This document shows positions 56,428 to 64,000 of a DNA stretch of 64,000 nucleotides, piece after piece; the first letter of the stretch is position 1; the number at the start of each line of letters is the position of its first letter. Both the position numbers and the translations under genes were made by a program. This DNA comes from Trypanosoma brucei (lineage: Eukaryota): contig CH464491.1 in assembly GCA_000002445.1 (NCBI GenBank), positions 3,680,001-3,744,000 of the forward strand, written 5' to 3'. The notes under the pieces were generated by a model. The model saw only the letters and a program-made list of their open reading frames with translations, searched no databases and was not told the origin of the DNA.

Positions 56428-57513
56428 ATGTATCAAGGACGTAGTCAACAGCCGTTGTGGACCCCACCACCAAATTTTTCCCAGGTGGAAACCGGTATCT
56501 ATCGCAGTGCATACCCCACACTTGCGAGCGTCCCATTCCTCCACCATATTGGAATAAAAACGATTGTATTGCTTTCCATAGAGTTGTTACCAGTTCCTGT
56601 GGTAAGGGCAATCTCGGAGGGGGATGTGGTTGCAGGCACCACGTCCGTGTCGGATGACGTCCACGCATGGAAGGATAACGAGTGCATAAAGTGGCCCATA
56701 CGCATAGTTTCCACGGCTGATTTGTCAGAGTGGATGAATGAATACGTTTGTGCAAAAGACGATTTTGCTGTCTCAAGTGTTCAACGCGCTTTAGACTTTG
56801 CCTTGCAGCCAGACTTTCAACCTGTTCTTTTCACATGCCCGACGGGTGAGCTGCAGACCAGCGTTATTGTCGGATGTATGCGACGGCACCAGGGCTGGTC
56901 TCTAGCTGCCGTGCTTGCGGAGTGTGAGTTGTTTGTCAACGTTACGGGAGGCGTGCGCCAAAGTGTGATGAATTTTATAGAACAGTGGGACCCCGACGAA
57001 CATCCGGTTCGTGAAGAAGATATCGCGAAGAGAAAGCGTGAGTTGCTGTTGAGAGACCCTTCACTTTCTTATAGTGTCAAACGACACCGGAGGACGGTGA
57101 CCCACTCTGCGAGCGATCCTGATTCTGAATACGATGACCCTTTGGCTATGGGTACCTCACGACTTGGGCAAAAGGGTACCGCCGGAAACTCAGCGGGTAT
57201 GGGATTGTCACTATCGCCATATAAGAGTTCAGGATTCGATAGGTCTACATTGAGTTCGACGAGGGTAGGTGGTGACGAGTTGGGTTTGTCGCACTCGTCT
57301 CATGTCGTTATCAAACTCGCGTCCTGGTATACGGCTGCCATGAAGAGGCGTGCGGCTGCCGCTGAAGCAATCGTTGCGGCGAGGGCGAAGGTTCGTGCGC
57401 CCAGTGATCCCCTTCCAGAACCACACGAAAGGTATTTCGGTGTGCTGAATCCTCCGGCTTTGGATGAGCGCTCAACGTTTACAAAGAAGTCAATTGTCCA
57501 GGACCTTGACTAG
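56428..57513 (+). CDS. Siw14/PFA-DSP-like atypical dual-specificity phosphatase homologue with substituted P-loop (probable pseudophosphatase) and long C-terminal tail
   Basis: PPNFSQVETGIYRSAYP...LHHIGIKTIVLL parallels the plant/fungal PFA-DSP N-terminal region (PPLNF..V..GIFRSGFP). The P-loop position reads QPVLFTCPTGELQTSVIVGCMRRHQGWSL against the family HC(x)2G(x)2R + VGCLRKLQKW. The Cys and Gly are retained, but His becomes Thr and Arg becomes Gln. The ~170-aa Ser-rich C-terminal extension has an Ala-rich helix (RRAAAAEAIVAARAKV). Confidence 0.72.
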   Translation: MYQGRSQQPLWTPPPNFSQVETGIYRSAYPTLASVPFLHHIGIKTIVLLSIELLPVPVVRAISEGDVVAGTTSVSDDVHAWKDNECIKWPIRIVSTADLSEWMNEYVCAKDDFAVSSVQRALDFALQPDFQPVLFTCPTGELQTSVIVGCMRRHQGWSLAAVLAECELFVNVTGGVRQSVMNFIEQWDPDEHPVREEDIAKRKRELLLRDPSLSYSVKRHRRTVTHSASDPDSEYDDPLAMGTSRLGQKGTAGNSAGMGLSLSPYKSSGFDRSTLSSTRVGGDELGLSHSSHVVIKLASWYTAAMKRRAAAAEAIVAARAKVRAPSDPLPEPHERYFGVLNPPALDERSTFTKKSIVQDLD

Positions 57514-58055
57514 GGTATGCACTTTCGTGTATGCAAGTACCGTATGTGGCTACCGTGGCACCGAGAGTGCATTTATATGCACATGACTTTCAACTTTATT
57601 TGTGGTGTCGCCGTTGCAGTTTGTTACGCTGGTCACCTCACGACCCCTCCATAGTGCTGCTCCCATGCGTTTTTTTTTTGCGCGCGTGAAGTTGAGTAGC
57701 GAAGCACCTCATGCACACTGTCTATCTCTTCACTACGGCGTGTGTGTTGTTCAATTGTAGTGAGGATTGCATTTGTCAGGTTTCATTTATCTCGGCTATC
57801 TGCCGTTAGCCACATTTGAGGGTGCCTAACTCTATTGTAAGTGCTCACATATGCCTTTATCTTTTCACATCATCTGTTTTTCTTCCTTCTTGCCCTTGTC
57901 GTATAATCAATATACATCGCAAATGAAAAGGTTGATCGGGGTTTGATCCTTCTAACCTCGCCATTGCCTCCCACAAATTATCAGTGCTAACAATTCAACA
58001 AAGGATCAAGTCGGTGAAACTGTACTCCGTCAGTTAAGGTGGGTGGTGAAAGAAA

Positions 58056-60311
58056 ATGGTCTCTCTCCGGATCAGGAAAACACGACCCCCTCCTTTGGGG
58101 TTCTCTTTGGCTCTTCCTCCACCAAGTGTTGTAGGGGAGGTACGGGTCCAGCAGGGGAATGAGCTTTTTATTAACGTGGATGACACAAACATTTCACCCA
58201 TAATAACAATGGATGGTTCTCTTCCCACAGGGCAGTTCGTTCACGTGACTAATACAAATCTTTTTGTGCTTGTCGATGGTGCATCGTTGTTCACCGAGGC
58301 GAAAACGACACAGAGGGAAGAGCCACAATCTAATCATATTGGCGATTTGGTAGATAACAGTGCTTCCGCGGAGAAGGGAAGATCACCGCAGCGCTCTCCG
58401 TGCAGCAATTTGGGTGCGTCTGTAGACTCAGTTGAAGCAGCGATACGGGGCATTGAAGATGATAGCGGTGAGGTGCGCAGGGATTTATCGTCCTCCTTTA
58501 GTTTGTTGCCTAAAACTGAGGGCGATTCACCCGTACTGTCGCGGTGCTCTTCCCGCTGTCGGATGTCGTGCCAAGGCACGAAGGGGGTAAAATACCACGG
58601 CGGAGCGAGTCTGCCTCATCAGTACACGGCACTGTTTACAAAAGGGGCAGGTGCAGTGTCAGGGCTTGCTGCTGCCACAGCGGGCGCGAATAGGGTTGGT
58701 AATCGTGAAGTCAGGTGTAACGTTTTGCGTGGCAAGATACGTGGTTTCCTTCCTTGGTATGTTGTTGAACAGAACTGGACCACCTCACCAAAGTGTAGCA
58801 ATGCATCGACGAGTGGTACGCTAGGGGCGGCAACAGGTACATCGGCGGTGGCCTCACAATCCTCCGCTTCCTCTGTGCTTGTGGACACTGCCGTTGGCGA
58901 CAAAGTAGACAAGCATGCAAAGAGGAAAAACACCTTACTTGCCCGTGGGAGGGGGAATAACAGCAGATCAGCTTCGCTCTACGAAGTCGGACGCACTAAT
59001 CGATCATTGGATTTGAAAGAGGTAGAGGTTTTGGGGTTCGTAGGAAAGGGAACACAAGGAGCAGTGTACCGCGTTCTTCTGGACAACAAACTGTACGGCC
59101 TGAAGTGCATTGATGTAAGGGAGCTAACGGAGGCCAGCAGTTTGGTAGAGCACCAAAGCAGGAAGGGTGGACTCGTGAAAGAGCTCAATATGATTCGACT
59201 CCAAAGATCAAAAAGTCCACCACAATACCTGCTACGGTTGTTTGATGCCTCGGTTACAAGGGATCGTGAGAAGCTACACCTCCACATTCTCATGGAGCTA
59301 ATGAGTTTTAGCGTCGAGGACGCTCAGCGCATGGTTTCCCGTATCCCATCGGATGAAATGGTGAAGTTAACTGAGTCAGCCTTTCGAAAGCACATGGCTG
59401 GATCGCACTCCGTAAAGTTGAAACCCGATACATTCCTACAGAGGAACTCGGAATCCTGCGTGCATCTAACGGGAAGGAGGTCATACAAGACACCAGAGGA
59501 CTGGGAGATGAACATAGATCGACAAACGCCAGTACCGGAGATAATTCTGTCGATGCTTGCAGCTGATGTGCTTGGGGGCTTGAAAGAACTTCATGAAGAT
59601 TACGCTATTGTTCACTGTGACATCAAACCAGCAAATATATTAATTGACTACGATATGGAGCGCTTTCGACTTGCAGATTTTGGATGTGGTTGTCAGATGG
59701 ACCCACAGAGCCGGAAGACACGACCGGTGACTTTCGACTTGGGCTCAAAACTCTACAAGGCACCGGAGCGGCTGAGCAATGAGTTGTATAACGCAGGCGT
59801 TGAGGGTGGTTTATCGGAAGTAGAGTTCTCCTTCGATGCTGACGTATGGTCGTTGGGTGTAACGTTGCTTGAATTGAGAAATGGTGTTCATCCTTGCCAC
59901 CCTTTCAAGTCGGATTACTGGAACTACAGGAATAACCTTAAACTATCGCGTATGGTAAAGCCTGTTTCTTGGTCATATTCTTTCTACGACTTTATTGTTC
60001 GCTGCCTTATGAGGAAACCAGAACAGCGTTGGAGCGTCAGTAGGTTGCTGCAACACCCTTTTATTGTAAAATACAGCGAACTTCCCAGGGCCAAATTGAG
60101 GGTCTGGATGGAGAAGTTGAGAAGTGAGTCGGAGACCTTCCAGCGGCGACAGCAGCGTGAGTTGCTTGAGGAACATATTCTCTTGAGCACTGGCAGAAAA
60201 GGGCCGGACATGTACCGCCATCGGAGTCGCTCCAGCTGGGAGAGTTTCACGAAGTTCCTCAAAGTAGCTCCACATTATCAAGATGATGAAAAATTTCCCC
60301 ACTTGTGTTGA
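58056..60311 (+). CDS. serine/threonine protein kinase (STE-like, non-RD: HCD catalytic loop) with long N-terminal region
   Basis: Kinase domain in the C-terminal half: Gly loop LGFVGKGTQGAVYRV, the VAIK-equivalent YGLKCIDV, catalytic loop HCDIKPANILID (Cys in place of the Arg of HRD), then DFGCGC ... YKAPE. The N-terminal ~330 aa are Ser/Ala-rich and non-kinase. Confidence 0.88.
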   Translation: MVSLRIRKTRPPPLGFSLALPPPSVVGEVRVQQGNELFINVDDTNISPIITMDGSLPTGQFVHVTNTNLFVLVDGASLFTEAKTTQREEPQSNHIGDLVDNSASAEKGRSPQRSPCSNLGASVDSVEAAIRGIEDDSGEVRRDLSSSFSLLPKTEGDSPVLSRCSSRCRMSCQGTKGVKYHGGASLPHQYTALFTKGAGAVSGLAAATAGANRVGNREVRCNVLRGKIRGFLPWYVVEQNWTTSPKCSNASTSGTLGAATGTSAVASQSSASSVLVDTAVGDKVDKHAKRKNTLLARGRGNNSRSASLYEVGRTNRSLDLKEVEVLGFVGKGTQGAVYRVLLDNKLYGLKCIDVRELTEASSLVEHQSRKGGLVKELNMIRLQRSKSPPQYLLRLFDASVTRDREKLHLHILMELMSFSVEDAQRMVSRIPSDEMVKLTESAFRKHMAGSHSVKLKPDTFLQRNSESCVHLTGRRSYKTPEDWEMNIDRQTPVPEIILSMLAADVLGGLKELHEDYAIVHCDIKPANILIDYDMERFRLADFGCGCQMDPQSRKTRPVTFDLGSKLYKAPERLSNELYNAGVEGGLSEVEFSFDADVWSLGVTLLELRNGVHPCHPFKSDYWNYRNNLKLSRMVKPVSWSYSFYDFIVRCLMRKPEQRWSVSRLLQHPFIVKYSELPRAKLRVWMEKLRSESETFQRRQQRELLEEHILLSTGRKGPDMYRHRSRSSWESFTKFLKVAPHYQDDEKFPHLC

Positions 60312-61060
60312 CTGCGTTGATGTGTTGAATCTTGTTGTCTTTCTTCTTCGCTTTCTTTCCGTACCATCTTTCCTGTATCGTTCTAAGAAGAAGCGGCATG
60401 TCATATTAAAGTTCACGTGGGGGTGTGCATGCCCGGGACATCATTGAACACTATCGCGGAACAACATTTCTAGCCGTTCCGTTTTCGACCCGCAGGGTGT
60501 TGGCACGAATGGCCGTCTTTCTTTTACTTTTTGTCCGGTGGTTCTTTGAGATATCCTATTTGTTTCTACTCTTTTTACCGCGGGTGTGCTTGGGGTGTGA
60601 GTGTGTAGAGGGCTATGTGTACAGGCATCTGTTTAAAATTTCTGTTTTGAAGCTTTTCTGTATGTTTTTTTTGTTTCTACAACGTTACGTCATCATTCAA
60701 CCATTACACCATCCAACAGGGTTCCCCGCCGTGCTGGTTACTGGCTGCTGACAACTTTCTTTTTTTCGTTCTTATCTTTTTCGTGTAATAACAAATAATA
60801 AAGGGAATATATCCTTACTCCCTCCGTCCTCACAGCCGCTAAAGCAACCTTTTCTTTGTTTTTATATGAAATTCTCCCACTTCTTTTATTAGCTACTTTT
60901 TTCTTGTTGTACTGTGTGATATTTGTGATGCCACATTTATTGTGAAGCTCTTGTTGTGCATGGCTGTCTCCTCTTCAACTGCGTCCCTCTGCGCTGTCGG
61001 AAGAGACACAGAGAAGCAACAACAAAAAAAAAAGAAGGGGAGAGATCAAATTGCCTTTGA

Positions 61061-61681
<621 letters not shown>

Positions 61682-62749
61682 GAAAGGCACTTGGCACAGT
61701 GCTTTTTTTTCCCCCTTTCTTTCTCCCTTCCATTACATTGGAAAGGTAAGAGGTCTGTAGTAACGTCCCTGTCAGCTTTTTACAGAGCCACCGGCGGTCC
61801 CCATTCACAAAGTGCAGGCTTTATGGATGTGTGTGTGGACGGTCATTTAGTGTTGTTTCCGCTTTCGACCCTTTGTTGTTACTTTTTAAAATATTAAATG
61901 CTTAGCAGGTGGAGACGGCGCTAATTGTGAAGCCGCACCGATAGATTTTTTTTTTTTACTTTCTCACATCACTTGTGTCAGCACATGCCACTCGTTGATT
62001 TCTCTGAGCGGGAAGGTGAATTATGGGATATTCGGGGTTGGGGCACTTCGTTCATTAAAGCTGAATTCTGCATAGGTGAGAGTATACAACTGGTTGCATG
62101 TGCGAACCTCAATGACTTGTTGTGACTTGCTTGCGGTGAAAGCGCGAGAAGAAGTGGAAAACAAAAACAAAACGTTTTGTTGTGTTTGTGACTGGTGCTG
62201 TTCAAAAGCGTGGTGTGCGCGGTTGACTGGCACCTGGATGTTTCGTGCAGTCACAACCCCTGTGATCCGCTTTGAATGGTCGGTCGTGTGTTCACCCTTT
62301 GAGAAAAATGTTGGAACATAGTCTCCTTTTTTTTTTTACGTTAGTTTTTTGACCCTTAGAGTTTGCGACCTAGAATTCCCGATGACTGTGCCGCTGCTCC
62401 CGATACATTTAAGTAAGTAGATACATGCATGTTTATTTTTGTTTCTATTTGTTTATTTGTGACAAATCTGCATGGTAAACGCTTCCAATACCTTCAAAGT
62501 TTTTATGTTCGGTATTCCCCTTTTCTCCCCCGCCTTTCCTCTGGTGATTAATTGGAACGACACCGATCGTCATTTGGCAACTCCAAAATCAAGTTCTTTT
62601 TTTTCTTTTGTTTATTATACATATTGACATAAGTCTAATCTGGGAAGGAATACGCTAGTGCAAAAACAGCAGTGTCGGAAAGGAGTGTTTCGGTTCTGCG
62701 TGAGGAGTCTACTGGGGTTATTCTAGCTTAGAGAGAAGTGAAGGAAGAG

Positions 62750-63430
62750 ATGGTTCTTGTGCTTGTTGTTGGTGACCTCCATGTTCCGCAGCGTGCAGCC
62801 TCCATTCCGAAGGTATTCACTCAGATGTTTACACCTGGCCGCATACAGTTAGTACTAATAACCGGAAACGTAGGTTGTCGAGAGATGTATGACTACTTTC
62901 GCAGCATTGTACCGGATGTGTACTGCGCCAAGGGTGAGTTTGACTCGTGTTGGTGGCCTAACGTTAACAGTAAGCATGCTAGCGATACAGATAAGCTTTT
63001 GCAAGACACTCACGTGATAAATGTGGAATCACTGCGTATAGGCCTTATCCACGGCCACCAGGCGATACCGTGCGGTGACAGAGACATGCTTGCCATGCTG
63101 CAGCGCAAGTTAGATGTGGATGTATTAGTGTCTGGTGCAACGCACAACAACAAGGTATTTGAGTTTGGCGGGCACCTCTTTGTAAACCCTGGTTCAATCA
63201 CCGGTGCTTTTACAACAAGGAGGTTGGATGTTGTCCCAACGTTCGTGCTTTTGGATATTCAAGACAAGAAGGTAACATCATTTTCTTATGCCTACGCCCC
63301 CGGTGAGGGAGTGGGTGGAGAAGACTTTAAGATCAAACGGAAGACGTGGATCAAAGACGAGGAAGAGGAGGGAGAGGAGACACAAAAACCCCCTGCTTCC
63401 GCTGTTCCTCCTCCTCCACCTCCTGAATGA
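62750..63430 (+). CDS. VPS29: vacuolar protein sorting-associated protein 29 (retromer subunit) with acidic/Pro-rich C-terminal extension
   Basis: MVLVLVVGDLHVPQRA...VLITGNVGC...GLIHGHQ...LVSGATHN are metallophosphoesterase-fold motifs, in the order and spacing characteristic of VPS29. There is an extra tail KDEEEEGEETQKPPASAVPPPPPPE. The track start is GTG 62738. ATG is at 62750. Confidence 0.9.
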   Translation: MVLVLVVGDLHVPQRAASIPKVFTQMFTPGRIQLVLITGNVGCREMYDYFRSIVPDVYCAKGEFDSCWWPNVNSKHASDTDKLLQDTHVINVESLRIGLIHGHQAIPCGDRDMLAMLQRKLDVDVLVSGATHNNKVFEFGGHLFVNPGSITGAFTTRRLDVVPTFVLLDIQDKKVTSFSYAYAPGEGVGGEDFKIKRKTWIKDEEEEGEETQKPPASAVPPPPPPE

Positions 63431-64000
63431 GTACGGTTGGGTAAGTGAGGGAAGGGGAGGGGGAAAAAAAAAGATGAGCATTGAATTCTCTACTCGCATT
63501 ACCATGTGAATCCGTGGGTAAGCGGAAACTTCGCACGTATCTTCGAGTAGGTGATATGTTCTACACTTCTGTAACGTGTTGTTCGACATCCTTTCCTTTT
63601 TTCCCTCCCCTCTTTCCCTTTTATTGCTGATTGTAAGAGACTACCTTGTGGCTCAGTGGTGGTTAAGTACCGTTATCAAGCGAGTTTGCTTGATTCATTA
63701 TGCTTCACAATTATGTGCCCTCCTGCAATTACAACTAAGAACCGCTGCGGTTGCGCGCCATTATTGCTTTAACTTTCTGTCGATTGGTCGCGACGACATC
63801 AGTGAAGTGACAGGATGTCAGAAGAGTGTACACTCACTGAGGTGTGCGCATGCGGCCCGAAACTGAAGCGCTAAGAGTCGATACGTGCCTCCGTCCATTG
63901 TGAAACACGATGGTTTCATGTCTATATTATCGTCATTTACACAATATCACACCCACCTTTTTTTTGTTTCTTTCCCATTTCCCGTCTTGTGGTGCGTATG

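Noticed and set aside
56237-56776. 179-aa minus-strand ORF overlapping the PFA-DSP-like gene start
   Set aside because: The + strand frame carries the phosphatase-family similarity, so the minus frame is an antisense artefact.
63576-63866. 96-aa + strand ORF at the window end
   Set aside because: It has no recognisable similarity. It follows a poly-Y tract but is short and its composition is unremarkable. There is not enough support to call it a gene.

Overview
The window looks like a kinetoplastid (Trypanosoma-like, probably African-trypanosome-like) nuclear chromosome segment, not a prokaryotic locus. I infer this from the sequence alone and give no species assignment. Every convincing protein-coding gene lies on the + strand, with no introns, which is the organisation of a trypanosomatid polycistronic transcription unit. 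The spacers are AT-rich, with polypyrimidine tracts, (GT)n/(CA)n and (TA)n microsatellites and long homopolymer runs. I can support about 20 CDS. Those with a recognisable family are: cytosolic Phe-tRNA synthetase alpha, ribosomal protein L18a, a tandem-domain ethanolamine-phosphate cytidylyltransferase, protein phosphatase methylesterase-1, a GMC-type FAD oxidoreductase, a HEAT/TOG-like protein, Tudor-SN, a UBC7-type E2 with a C-terminal UBA/CUE-like tail, a large calpain-like protein with a degenerate active site, an RRM protein with a Q/G/P-rich tail, a Vps23/TSG101-like UEV protein with a CUE-like C-terminus, a WD40 protein, CCT epsilon, a Siw14/PFA-DSP-like phosphatase whose P-loop Arg is replaced, a non-RD protein kinase, a Maf-like protein and VPS29. 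Many ORFs in the supplied track begin at GTG/TTG, so I re-set those starts to the first in-frame ATG. The most unusual structures are two ORF-free low-complexity blocks inside the co-directional gene array: one of ~13.6 kb (34.5-48.1 kb) and one of ~3.5 kb (12.5-16.1 kb). I propose they may be internal transcription-unit boundaries (head-to-tail termination/re-initiation), giant UTR/lncRNA loci, or degenerate microsatellite expansions. I found no tRNA, rRNA, CRISPR or identifiable transposon.
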